This document shows, one piece after another, positions 9,935-19,162 of a stretch of DNA of 64,000 nucleotides. Source of the DNA: Promethearchaeota archaeon (lineage in GTDB: Archaea > Asgardarchaeota > Lokiarchaeia > Sigyniarchaeales > SOKP01); NCBI GenBank assembly GCA_048940445.1, contig JBHLON010000005.1, positions 32,001 through 96,000 on the forward strand. Direction: 5' to 3'. Below the pieces are notes generated by a model, which saw nothing but the letters and a program-made list of their open reading frames with translations, was not told the DNA's origin and did not search any database. How positions within the stretch are numbered: position 1 is the first letter of the stretch; each line of letters opens with the position of its first letter. The translations under genes were made by a program, and so were the position numbers.

Positions 9935-10519
9935 TTAAGTTTGTATTGTATTTTTTAAGTATTTAATTAAAAACTCAACTTTTTTCCGTTCTTTAATAGT
10001 TAATAAATTTGCAAAATCTTTCTTTATAGAATATCCGTAATAAGAATTACCAAAAAACGTATTAGATTTTAAAATGGCTTCCAATATATCATATTTACTC
10101 CCTAAATGCAGATAAATTGAGATATCGTTAGCTATTAGGATGGAGGTTGGATTTTCATTAAATTTTTTTAAAATAATTGACACTATTGTATAATTATGAC
10201 ATAAGTTTTTATATAAATCCTCTTTATTAATTGCCTTTAATCGAGGAGGAATTATCTCTCCTTTGAGCTTTATGTAATTGCATTTTATACTATCCTTGAA
10301 ATAATCTTTAATTCTACCTCCTATTTTTAAATTGTCAAAATAAATTAATTTTGGGGCAAAATCTAATATAGATATTTCTTTAGGCTTAAATCTTTCTGAA
10401 TTCATTAAAAATTCTACAAATTTTGCTGTTAGAGACGTTTTTTGAGTGTTTGTTTCTCCATAGATAAACGTGTGTTGCCCAAGAAATTTCTGAAAATCCA
10501 AATGATTTAAATTTGTCAT
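9935..10519 (-). CDS. Hypothetical protein with degenerate P-loop
   Basis: HTFIYGETNTQKT resembles Walker A lacking the second Gly; LDFAP, IGG, PPRL, NDISIYLH. Confidence 0.7.
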   Translation of the reverse strand: MTNLNHLDFQKFLGQHTFIYGETNTQKTSLTAKFVEFLMNSERFKPKEISILDFAPKLIYFDNLKIGGRIKDYFKDSIKCNYIKLKGEIIPPRLKAINKEDLYKNLCHNYTIVSIILKKFNENPTSILIANDISIYLHLGSKYDILEAILKSNTFFGNSYYGYSIKKDFANLLTIKERKKVEFLIKYLKNTIQT

Positions 10520-10543
10520 AATTAATACGGAATTATAAATTGA

Positions 10544-11128
10544 TTACTCGAAATAATCTTTTCTTGATATTCCTGCCCTTCTTAAAATTTTCAAAGTTAA
10601 ATACCCTAATATACACCCAGGTACACTACTCGCCCCAAATAAACCCCAGAAAAAAAATAAACCTATAAAAAAAGCCTCTCCTGAAACTGGAGTTATTAAT
10701 TGTGCTATAGTTCCTGCAATAAATATTGTTCCTAAAGGTTCAGTTAAAGCTGCCAAATCCACATGTTTTGGTTTATATTTCCATAATAAATACGCAAATA
10801 TAGAGACTACAATGGCTCCTGAAATGTGTCCATGGAACGCATTAATAGTTCCAAGGCCAGTGAAGTATCGTACTATTGCAATTCCCAAAGCAGTAGTTGT
10901 GGAAAATGCTAAACCTATTAGAACTCCTGTTATAGCATTAATAAAATGAGCAAAAGGAAAAATTTTTGATCCTATAATTGGTATAAAGGCAAAAGGATTA
11001 ATATTACTTAGAGCTATGCCGATTCCTACGAAAATTGCTGCGGTAGCAATTTTTTTTGTTGTATTCTTTTTAAAGATTTTATTTTTTTCAATATCTCCCT
11101 TATAATTATTCGAATCCTTTTCTATCAT
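10544..11128 (-). CDS. thiW: ECF transporter S-component, ThiW-like
   Basis: KIFPFAHFINAITGVLIG, RYFTGLGTINAF, EPLGT; adjacent to thi4. Confidence 0.85.
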   Translation of the reverse strand: MIEKDSNNYKGDIEKNKIFKKNTTKKIATAAIFVGIGIALSNINPFAFIPIIGSKIFPFAHFINAITGVLIGLAFSTTTALGIAIVRYFTGLGTINAFHGHISGAIVVSIFAYLLWKYKPKHVDLAALTEPLGTIFIAGTIAQLITPVSGEAFFIGLFFFWGLFGASSVPGCILGYLTLKILRRAGISRKDYFE

Positions 11129-11186
11129 AAATTTTATGAATATTTTAAGTAAATTTTAAATGAATGTATTTCCTTAAAAAATTATT

Positions 11187-11972
11187 TTAAGCCTTCTTCT
11201 GTTTATCAATAATTAATTGAGCTACTTTTTCTCCGGAAAGGAGCATCCCTCCAAAAATTGGGCCCATCCGGGGTCCACCTGAGCAAGCACTCGCAGTCAT
11301 TCCCGTTACATATAAACCCGGATAGATCTCTTTAGTCATATCTAACAACATGTGTTCTCCCTTTTCTGCATTCATTGGAAGTTCTCCTATTTTTTTACCA
11401 GTGAGAGTCTTTAGTTTTGCATCTGGAATTTTTCTTAAAATTATATTAACTATTTCGCTATCATGTCCAGTGGCATCTATAACGTATTTACTTTCTATTG
11501 TCATCGGATCTACATGCAATTTTGCTAATTCCACAGCGCTCCAATTAATTACTACTCCCGTTACTTTATTGCTATCATTAATTTTTACATCTTCTACTGA
11601 GATTAAATTGAAAATTTTGACTCCTACATCAATAGCATATGCGGTTAATTTTACAACAGATTCAATAGCACCAGCGATATAATAATTAGGTTCATATTCT
11701 TCAGTTTTAATGTTGTATAAATCTAAGATTCTTTTTGCTTCTTTCTGAACTACAATTTTATTAAACATCATCCCCCCTCCTAACATCCCACCCCCTATTG
11801 ATAATTTTCTCTCAAAAATAATCGTTTTTAAACCTTTTTCCGCTAAAAATCTCGAAGCTGTTAAACCTGAAGGCCCGGCGCCTACTATTATTACATCCAC
11901 TTTTAAGTTATCTATTAAATCTTTAGTATAAGACTCAATTATCGCCTTGGTAATTATTGTTTCATCTAACAT
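11187..11972 (-). CDS. thi4: Thiazole synthase Thi4, sulfide-dependent (His-type)
   Basis: IVGAGPSGL, GGGMLGGGM, LHVDP, DATGHD, PRMGPIFGGMLLSG. Confidence 0.95.
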   Translation of the reverse strand: MLDETIITKAIIESYTKDLIDNLKVDVIIVGAGPSGLTASRFLAEKGLKTIIFERKLSIGGGMLGGGMMFNKIVVQKEAKRILDLYNIKTEEYEPNYYIAGAIESVVKLTAYAIDVGVKIFNLISVEDVKINDSNKVTGVVINWSAVELAKLHVDPMTIESKYVIDATGHDSEIVNIILRKIPDAKLKTLTGKKIGELPMNAEKGEHMLLDMTKEIYPGLYVTGMTASACSGGPRMGPIFGGMLLSGEKVAQLIIDKQKKA

Positions 11973-12077
11973 ATTATCTCATCAGAGTAGATTAGTATAT
12001 AATAATATTCATTGATGTAATTTTATAAATTATAGAATTTTAAATAAGATAAGATTTTTATTAATTTTTTATAAATT

Positions 12078-12764
12078 GTGGAGTATATGGTCAAGATTGG
12101 AGATTACGTTATAAATCCAACCAAAATTATATGTATTGGTACAAATTACATGGATCATATTGAAGAAACCAAATTGGATATACCTGAAGAACCTGTATTG
12201 TTTCCAAAGACTCCAAATTGTTTGATATTAAATGGAGATCCAATCGTATATCCCAAATGGTTATATAATAATAGTAAATATAACCGAGTTGACTATGAAG
12301 TTGAATTAGCTTTCATTGTAAAGGATAAATGCAAATACGTAAGTGAAGACAATGCATATGAACATATCCTTGGTTATACTGTTTTTAATGATATCACTGC
12401 ACGTAAGATGCAAGCTAAAGATATTGTATCTAAGTTTCCCTGGTTTCGATCAAAATCTTTTGACACATTTGGACCAATAGGTCCTATTATTAAAAATGTT
12501 GAAAGTATAGAAGACCCCCATAATTTAGACATTGAATTAAAGGTAAATGGAGTAATTAAGCAATCATCAAACACAAAATTTTTACTATTTAAAATCCCAG
12601 AATTATTAGAATATATAACAAAATTTTTTACAATGCAAAGAGGAGATATTATTGCTACGGGAACTCCTGGAGGCATAGGTCCTATCAATCCGGGTGATTT
12701 AATTGAAGCAAAAATTGAAGATATCGGAATACTTACAAATAAAGTAGTTTTAGAAGGAGAGTGA
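12078..12764 (+). CDS. Fumarylacetoacetate hydrolase family protein, copy 1
   Basis: KIICIGTNYMDH, DYEVEL, NDITAR, KSFDTFGPIGP, GDIIATGTPGG. Confidence 0.93.
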   Translation: MEYMVKIGDYVINPTKIICIGTNYMDHIEETKLDIPEEPVLFPKTPNCLILNGDPIVYPKWLYNNSKYNRVDYEVELAFIVKDKCKYVSEDNAYEHILGYTVFNDITARKMQAKDIVSKFPWFRSKSFDTFGPIGPIIKNVESIEDPHNLDIELKVNGVIKQSSNTKFLLFKIPELLEYITKFFTMQRGDIIATGTPGGIGPINPGDLIEAKIEDIGILTNKVVLEGE

Positions 12765-12773
12765 ATATCTAAA

Positions 12774-13448
12774 ATGAAAATTGGGGATGATTCAATTAAT
12801 CCTACCAAAATATTGTGTCTAGGGAGGAATTATTTAGAACATATTAAAGAAACAAAAGCACCAATACCTAAAGAACCAGTGTTTTTTGTTAAGACAATAA
12901 ATACGTTAATCACGGATAATAAGCCGATTATTTACCCGAAAATATTGTATCAAAATAACGAGTTTAACAGAGTAGATCATGAAGTCGAACTTGCATTTGT
13001 TATTAAGAAGAAATGTAAACACATTCCAGCGCAATATGCATATGATTATATAAAAGGTTATACCATACTTCTTGATCTAACTGCTCGAAATATGCAAGTA
13101 GCTGATAGAAACATTAATCTTCCTTGGTATAGGAGCAAGAATTTTGATACATTCGCTCCAATAGGACCTGTAATAAAAGAAGTTAATGAAATAAAAGCTC
13201 CTCATAATCTTAATATTGAGTTAAAGGTGAATGGAGAAACCAAACAGTCCTCTAACACTAAATATATGATTTTTAAGATTCCTGTAATTTTGGAATATCT
13301 TTCAAAGTTTGTCACTTTAGAAAAAGATGATATTGTTGCTACAGGGACTCCAAGTGGAATATCACCAATTTATCCTGGAGATACCATTGAAGCTTCGATT
13401 GAAAATATAGGAACCATTACCCACACGGTGATTTTAGAAGAAATATAG
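12774..13448 (+). CDS. Fumarylacetoacetate hydrolase family protein, copy 2
   Basis: KILCLGRNYLEH, DHEVEL, LDLTAR, KNFDTFAPIGP, ATGTPSG. Confidence 0.93.
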   Translation: MKIGDDSINPTKILCLGRNYLEHIKETKAPIPKEPVFFVKTINTLITDNKPIIYPKILYQNNEFNRVDHEVELAFVIKKKCKHIPAQYAYDYIKGYTILLDLTARNMQVADRNINLPWYRSKNFDTFAPIGPVIKEVNEIKAPHNLNIELKVNGETKQSSNTKYMIFKIPVILEYLSKFVTLEKDDIVATGTPSGISPIYPGDTIEASIENIGTITHTVILEEI

Positions 13449-13518
13449 ACAATTTTCACCTTGGAATTTCTAAAAATAAGGCTTACATTTATTTATGTAA
13501 ATAAATAACAATTTCATA

Positions 13519-13719
13519 ATGGAAGAAATAACTGAAGAGATTAAAAAGGAGATTTTTAGATTAATCGCCATTCCTGGGCTCGAAGTTAGGGACATTCCCA
13601 AACAGATAAATGCATCATTTAATACTCATTTTAATTATGACCAAATTATGGAGTTTTTATCTGATGAGTTTTTCAAAAAAAACCTAGATTATGGGCGAAG
13701 ATTATGTTGTAGATTTTAA
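13519..13719 (+). CDS. Small hypothetical protein ending in RRLCCRF
   Basis: 66-aa ORF in an otherwise empty intergenic space. Confidence 0.55.
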   Translation: MEEITEEIKKEIFRLIAIPGLEVRDIPKQINASFNTHFNYDQIMEFLSDEFFKKNLDYGRRLCCRF

Positions 13720-13977
13720 CCTCTAAAAATTTATGTCCCTTAATTAATAAAAATTCTGAATAAAGAAAAGAATCGTAATAAAATTTTTTAATATTGCTAT
13801 ATTTTTAATCATACTAAGTACAAAATATACTTCTAAAGGACTTAGGACGCAAATTAAAGCGGTTTCGATATAAAATATATATCGGGATGAAAAAGATCGA
13901 TAAAGAATTTAATTGAACGTTCTTAATCTTTTGAGTATATTTTAACATAAAATTATTTAGCAAAACGGTGAAATTAA

Positions 13978-14542
13978 TTGAGTACTAAAGGAAGATTGGT
14001 TGTAAAGGCTCTTGTGACTGGTGGGAGAGTTATAATTTAACATTCGTTTAGAATAAAACCCCGAATGCGTCAGGAGGGCCACCCATAGGTCCAGCTGTAG
14101 GTCCAACAGGCATAAAATTAAAATCTTTTCGATTTTTTGTGCAAATATAAAAGATGTCGTTGATGCGGTCAATGAAAAAACGATGATCTTCAAGGGCCTA
14201 ACAGTTCCGGTTAGGATTGAATGTGATCCTGAGACTAAACAATTTGAAATTTTTGTTGAAACTCCAAGTACTGCCTCTCTTCTCCTGAAGGAACTGGGCG
14301 TTGAGAAAGGGATTACTTCAGCTTCAGAATCAAAGATTGGTAATCTAACATTGGAACAGGTAATGGCTGTTGCAACCGCTAAGAAAGAGAAATTTTTGGA
14401 CAAAACTTATAGAACTGCTGTGAAAACTGTATTAGGTACAGCGTTATCAATAGGAGCTACCGTTGAAGGAGAAGATCCACGAGTAATTCAAAAAAAAATT
14501 GAAAATGGGGAATTTGATGATAGAATTAAGGGTGAGATGTAA
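13978..14542 (+). CDS. rpl11: 50S ribosomal protein uL11, split by two introns; exons 13978-14027, 14066-14115, 14145-14542 (165 aa)
   Basis: Spliced translation MSTKGRLVVKALVTGGSASGGPPIGPAVGPTGINIKDVVDAVNEKTMIFKGLTVPV... gives the complete uL11 N-terminus; TTG start after GGTG; first gene of the L11-L1-L10-P1 cluster. Confidence 0.93.
14028..14065 (+). other. Putative BHB-type mRNA intron 1 in rpl11 (38 nt)
   Basis: Central helix TGGG(14022-25)/CCCG(14060-63), bulges AG^A and AA^T, intron hairpin starting GTT/AAC; excision yields GGG AGT GCG in frame. Confidence 0.85.
14116..14144 (+). other. Putative BHB-type mRNA intron 2 in rpl11 (29 nt)
   Basis: Central helix GCAT(14110-13)/GTGC(14139-42), bulges AA^A and AA^A, intron hairpin AAAATC/GATTTT; excision yields GGC ATA AAT ATA in frame. 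Confidence 0.8.
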
Positions 14543-14545
14543 GAC

Positions 14546-15274
14546 ATGAAGTTAGATGATAAAATGTTAAGAAAATCAGTTAGCGCTGCTATTAAATTTT
14601 CAGTAAAGCAAAAAAAAGGGTCTAAAGATAAAGTTAGAAACTTTGATGAGAGTATAGATTTCATAGTAAATCTTAAAGATCTAAATTTAAATGACCCAAA
14701 ACAAAGAATTGATAAAGAAATCCTTTTACCCAACAATGTTCTAATCTCTGAAAAGCCAAATGTATGTGTGGTTGCTTCAGATGAAATTCTCTTGGAGGCA
14801 AAAAATTTAGGATTAGATACTTTGGATGAGGAGGGTCTTGTAAGATTAAATAATGAAGAGAAAAAGTATAAAAAAAAATTTGTTAAAAAGTATGATTTTT
14901 TTATCGTTGAAGACAAAATGATGCCAAATCTAGCTCGATATCTTGCTAGGTTTTTAGGACCAGTTGGTAAAATGCCAAAACCTTTCCCTAGTGGATATGG
15001 AATAATATCAAGTCCAGAAGATTTAAAAGTTGCAGTAGATCGGTATTTAAAAGCAATTCGAATTCAACTAAAGAAACAACCTCAGATACAAGTTAAAATC
15101 GGAAAGAAATCAATGGAAAAGAAAGAGGTTATTGAGAATTTAAAAACTGTTGTTGATTATATTGCAGAACAAATGCCCCATAAATATAACAACATTAAAT
15201 CCATGTATCTTAAAACAACAATGGGCCATCCTGTTAAAATTGATGAACAGCATTTAAAATCAATAGAGGTGTAA
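14546..15274 (+). CDS. rpl1: 50S ribosomal protein uL1
   Basis: RNFDESIDFIVNLK, LGPVGKMPKP, MYLKTTMGHPVKI. Confidence 0.96.
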   Translation: MKLDDKMLRKSVSAAIKFSVKQKKGSKDKVRNFDESIDFIVNLKDLNLNDPKQRIDKEILLPNNVLISEKPNVCVVASDEILLEAKNLGLDTLDEEGLVRLNNEEKKYKKKFVKKYDFFIVEDKMMPNLARYLARFLGPVGKMPKPFPSGYGIISSPEDLKVAVDRYLKAIRIQLKKQPQIQVKIGKKSMEKKEVIENLKTVVDYIAEQMPHKYNNIKSMYLKTTMGHPVKIDEQHLKSIEV

Positions 15275-15278
15275 ATAA

Positions 15279-16166
15279 TTGATTGGAAAAAAAGCTATTC
15301 CACAATGGAAGAAAAAAGAAGTTAATAGTTTAATAGATTTGTTTAAAAATAATAAAAATATCGCGGTAATTGAAGTTGCTAATTTAAATGATAGACAAAT
15401 TCAAGAAACAAGAAAACTTTTAAGAGGAAAAGCGATTATTAGAATGTCTAAAAAGAATCTACAGTTAAGGGCCATTGAAGAATTTAAAAAAGAATCAAAA
15501 AATTCAAATTTAGAAGAATTTGCGGAGAATATTCCTGGACAATCAGCCTTATGTTTTACAAATATGGATATTTTCGAATTAAAGAAGATTTTTAATGAGA
15601 ATGAGTGGATGGTTCCCGCGAAACCGGAGGAAGTAACTCCAGTAGATATTTGGGTTCCAGCCGGAGATACGGGATTACCTACTGGTCAGGTAATATCTGA
15701 GTTAAATATGACCTTGAAATTGCCAACAAGAATACAAAATGATACTATTTGGATAAGAGATGATACCAGAACACATAAAGCAGGAGATGTTGTTGATGTT
15801 AAACAAGCTGCAGTTTTGAAAAAGTTAGGAATTAAACCTATTGAATCATTAATTAGGATACATTCTGCTTGGAGCGATGGCGAGATTATACCCGAAGATA
15901 TTCTATATATGAATTTAGATCAGTTTAAGCAAGATCTTACAAAAGCTCATAGAGAAGCTCTCGGAATACTATTTGAAATCCCTGTTTTATTTGAAGATAT
16001 GACAAAAGAATATCTCCAAAAAGCAGTTGCAAGTGCTAATTTATTAAGTGCGATTATCTTTGGAGAAGGTTTGCAAGAAACTCCCAAGGTAGAACCTAAA
16101 GTTGAAGAAAAAGAATCTGAAGAAGAAGAAGAAGAACAAGTTGGTATAGGAGGTTTATTCGGCTAA
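15279..16166 (+). CDS. rpl10: 50S ribosomal protein uL10 (P0)
   Basis: IPQWKK, DIWVPAGDTGLPTG, LKKLGIKP, acidic C-terminus ending GIGGLFG. Confidence 0.96.
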   Translation: MIGKKAIPQWKKKEVNSLIDLFKNNKNIAVIEVANLNDRQIQETRKLLRGKAIIRMSKKNLQLRAIEEFKKESKNSNLEEFAENIPGQSALCFTNMDIFELKKIFNENEWMVPAKPEEVTPVDIWVPAGDTGLPTGQVISELNMTLKLPTRIQNDTIWIRDDTRTHKAGDVVDVKQAAVLKKLGIKPIESLIRIHSAWSDGEIIPEDILYMNLDQFKQDLTKAHREALGILFEIPVLFEDMTKEYLQKAVASANLLSAIIFGEGLQETPKVEPKVEEKESEEEEEEQVGIGGLFG

Positions 16167-16232
16167 ATTTTTCAACTGAAAATAAATTAAGAATTAAAAA
16201 TTATTGAAATTAAGAATTGGAGGTTATAAAAT

Positions 16233-16526
16233 ATGGAATCAATTTACGCTGCTTTATTGCTACATAAAGCCAATAAAAAGATTACAGAATCAAACTTAGA
16301 AAAGGTTTTAGAGGCGGCTGGTTCTAAAATCGACAAAGCAGAACTCACTAAGCTTATAGCAGGTTTAAAGGAGGTCAAACTTGAGGATATCATTAAATCC
16401 GCTGGCTCTGCTCCTGTTATGACAGCCCCAAGTGCAGCACCTAAAGTAGAAAAGAAAGAAAAAAAGAAGAAAAAAGAAGAAGAAGAAGAGGAAGAAGAAC
16501 CAACTGGTATTGGGTCACTTTTCTAG
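16233..16526 (+). CDS. rpl12: Ribosomal stalk protein P1 (aL12)
   Basis: MESIYAALLLH, acidic tail ending GIGSLF. Confidence 0.96.
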   Translation: MESIYAALLLHKANKKITESNLEKVLEAAGSKIDKAELTKLIAGLKEVKLEDIIKSAGSAPVMTAPSAAPKVEKKEKKKKKEEEEEEEEPTGIGSLF

Positions 16527-16719
16527 AAAAACTTGAATTAAATAAATTTTTTTTAACCTATTTTTTATTTATTATCTACAAAATTTTTTAAAAATTTAAA
16601 GTTCGATCAAAAACTTTTTTTTAAAGTTAATTTTTTATTAGTTACATTTATCAACCACTAAAGTGAAATTTATCTATAAATTAGACTTCCTAACAAAAAA
16701 ATGAAGGTATTGATACAAG

Positions 16720-18174
16720 ATGGGAGGTAAATTTCTTAAATTTTTCTCTCCATTTGTACGGGTAATGCCGGAGATAAAACAGCCCCAAAGAGAGGTAAGT
16801 TTTAAAGAAAAGCTCATTTGGACATCTCTTGTTTTGGTCATTTATATAATTATGTCCAGTATTCCTATGTACGGAGTAAATCTGGCAAATACCACAGATT
16901 ATTATTATTGGTTAAGGGTAATTTTAGCTAGCAAAAGAGGAACTCTAACCGAACTGGGTATCGGTCCTATAGTAACTGCTGGTTTAGTAATGCAATTATT
17001 ACTTGGTTCAAAAATTATTAAGGTAGATATGAGTGATCCATACGATAGAGCGATGTTTAGTGGCTCCCAAAAAGTAATGGCTTTGTTTTTAACCATATTT
17101 AATGCAGTTGCATACATTCTTGGTGGAGCCTTTGGTTCAGGTTTAGGTATTGCAACACAAACGTTCATATTTCTGCAACTATTGTTTGCTGGGATTATTA
17201 TAATACTTTTAGATGAACTATTACAAAAAGGATGGGGTCTGGGAAGTGGGGTTTCATTATTCATCGCTGCTGGAGTTGCAGGACAAATCTTTCTAAATTG
17301 CTTCAGTTTTTATGGGATCAATTCTCCACAGGGAGCAAGAGGTATAGTTGTTGCTTTTTTTGAATCCTTTACCAATCCTAATGTAGATATAGCATCACTA
17401 TTTCAAAGAGGACAATTACCTTCAATTTTAGGTGGATTAACTACATTACTTATTTTTGTAATTGTTGTTTGGCTTGAATCGACCAGAGTAGAAATACCTC
17501 TTACATACAGAGGATATCGAGGATTCAGAGGAAAATATCCAATGAAACTACTATATGTCTCTAATATTCCCGTGATATTAGTAAATGCCTTATATGCAAA
17601 TCTATTATTCTTCGGTCAGTTAATTGCAGGTCCAGATTCCGCCCTGCGGAACCCAGATACTGACTTCTGGTTAAACATTATAGGAAAATTTACTAAGGAG
17701 GCGTCGGCAACCCAACAAGGACAATATTTATTACCTACAGGAGGAATATTATATTTCTTATCAGCACCCCAAGGTATTAATGCCCTTCTTCAAGACCCCT
17801 TAAGAGCTGTTATTTATTTAGTCATATTCATATTTCTTTGTGTGATGCTCGGCCGTCTATGGGTTGAAGTCTCTGGATTAGCACCACGCGATATCGCACA
17901 ACAAATTCTCGATTCAGGTATGAGTGTGCCAGGATTTAGAAGCTCAGAACGTATAATTGAAAGAATTTTGAAGAGATATATTCCAACTTTAGTAATCATT
18001 AATGGAATGATAATTGCTTGTATGAGCTTCACCGCGGATTCATTGGGTGCATTGACTTCAGGTACGGGACTTTTGATCGCTATCGGCATCGTGCATCAAT
18101 ATTCAGAAACTATCGCAAAAGAGGTAGCGGCATCTCAATACCCAGGCATGCGGAGCTTCCTTGGCTTGGATTAG
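16720..18174 (+). CDS. secY: Protein translocase subunit SecY/Sec61alpha
   Basis: GTLTELGIGPIVTAG, DELLQKGWGLGSGVSLFIA, YPMKLLYVSNIPVIL, SGTGLLIA. Confidence 0.97.
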   Translation: MGGKFLKFFSPFVRVMPEIKQPQREVSFKEKLIWTSLVLVIYIIMSSIPMYGVNLANTTDYYYWLRVILASKRGTLTELGIGPIVTAGLVMQLLLGSKIIKVDMSDPYDRAMFSGSQKVMALFLTIFNAVAYILGGAFGSGLGIATQTFIFLQLLFAGIIIILLDELLQKGWGLGSGVSLFIAAGVAGQIFLNCFSFYGINSPQGARGIVVAFFESFTNPNVDIASLFQRGQLPSILGGLTTLLIFVIVVWLESTRVEIPLTYRGYRGFRGKYPMKLLYVSNIPVILVNALYANLLFFGQLIAGPDSALRNPDTDFWLNIIGKFTKEASATQQGQYLLPTGGILYFLSAPQGINALLQDPLRAVIYLVIFIFLCVMLGRLWVEVSGLAPRDIAQQILDSGMSVPGFRSSERIIERILKRYIPTLVIINGMIIACMSFTADSLGALTSGTGLLIAIGIVHQYSETIAKEVAASQYPGMRSFLGLD

Positions 18175-18270
18175 GCAATTCTATTTCTTTTCTATTATTT
18201 CTGAATAATTATAAAGATATTTAATATACAAAAAAATTTAAAATAATAGAGCGTATTTAGTACACTATCT

Positions 18271-18951
18271 ATGTTATTAATAATTTTTCAAGGGCTAGGT
18301 TGGTTTAGTTATCCACCCGGATCGATGTTATTTGTGTTGTTATTGGCTACAGCAACAGCATTGTTAAGCACAGGATTGACTAAATGGTTGACTGATATTG
18401 ATGAGATGAATAGGAAACAAAAGGCTTTAAAGGCGCATAATGAAGAAAAAGCCAAGATTATTGAATTAGCAGAAATTGATGTTGAGCGTTATAGAAAGCT
18501 TCGTAAAAGATGGGAACGAAAAGATAGTATGTTTAAACAGACTCAGCAAAGAATGTCACTCCAGCGTCTTAAACCTACATGTATTACCTTTTTACCAATG
18601 ATAATTATATTTACGCTTGTAAATTTTGTATTTAGACCTAATAATATACCTGTACCAGTTGCATTGTCCCCCATGAATGCAAATGACATTCCTTTTATTG
18701 GAGGGATAATAGCAGGTTTTACTGGTGGGCCATCAAATCCAGAATGGCCATACATATTTTATCACACATTTTATAAAGTTATCCAACCTTACCACGGATG
18801 GATTAATTTTACGGCATGGTATTTTCTGTGTAGTTTTGGAATAAATACTCTTATTCAAAGAATTTTTAAGTTACAGACTCAAGCTTCCGGTGGATTTGAA
18901 CAAATGATGGGTGGTGGTAGATCAAAAGCTATGGAATTTCCAGATGTCTGA
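18271..18951 (+). CDS. DUF106 / EMC3-TMCO1-Get1 (Oxa1 superfamily) membrane insertase
   Basis: TM, coiled coil, LKPTCITFLPMIIIF, WYFLCSF; usual position after secY. Confidence 0.88.
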   Translation: MLLIIFQGLGWFSYPPGSMLFVLLLATATALLSTGLTKWLTDIDEMNRKQKALKAHNEEKAKIIELAEIDVERYRKLRKRWERKDSMFKQTQQRMSLQRLKPTCITFLPMIIIFTLVNFVFRPNNIPVPVALSPMNANDIPFIGGIIAGFTGGPSNPEWPYIFYHTFYKVIQPYHGWINFTAWYFLCSFGINTLIQRIFKLQTQASGGFEQMMGGGRSKAMEFPDV

Positions 18952-18985
18952 AAATTATTCAAATTTATTATTAAAAAAGAAAGTA

Positions 18986-19087
18986 CGCAGACAGAGGGAT
19001 TTGAACCCTCGAGTGCTTTCACACACCAGCTTATTAGGTAAGTGCTTCTCTCCAAGCTGGCGCCGTACCAGGCTAGGCTATGTCTGC
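18986..19087 (-). tRNA. tRNA-Ser(GGA) with 18-nt intron at 37/38 (19032-19049)
   Basis: Acceptor GCAGACA/TGTCTGC, G73, anticodon stem CCAGC/GCTGG, long variable arm, GTTCAAATC; BHB helix TTGG/CTAA. Confidence 0.93.
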
Positions 19088-19162
19088 AAAAAATTTAAAT
19101 AAAATAACGCACACGAGCGTCATTTATCATATTTAAATTAGGGAATTTAAGGTCTTAATTTA

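Noticed and set aside
12762-12776. TGA of FAH copy 1 is in frame with copy 2 (TGA ATA TCT AAA ATG), suggesting Sec readthrough fusion
   Set aside because: The TGA is at the normal domain end, not at a Cys-equivalent site; GGAGAGTGA is better explained as the ribosome-binding site of gene 2; no SECIS recognised.
14183-14542. 119-aa uL11 as given by the ORF track, or a pseudogene/programmed-frameshift reading
   Set aside because: It lacks the conserved PPxGP N-domain that is present upstream. Frameshifting would leave 10-13 extra residues at each site, whereas BHB excision restores the sequence exactly.
18911-19102. 63-aa ORF on the + strand
   Set aside because: It is the antisense of tRNA-Ser.
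19103-19124. 8-bp hairpin followed by a U-rich tract between eL14 and tRNA-Ser
   Set aside because: Could be a terminator or tRNA leader, but is too short to assign.
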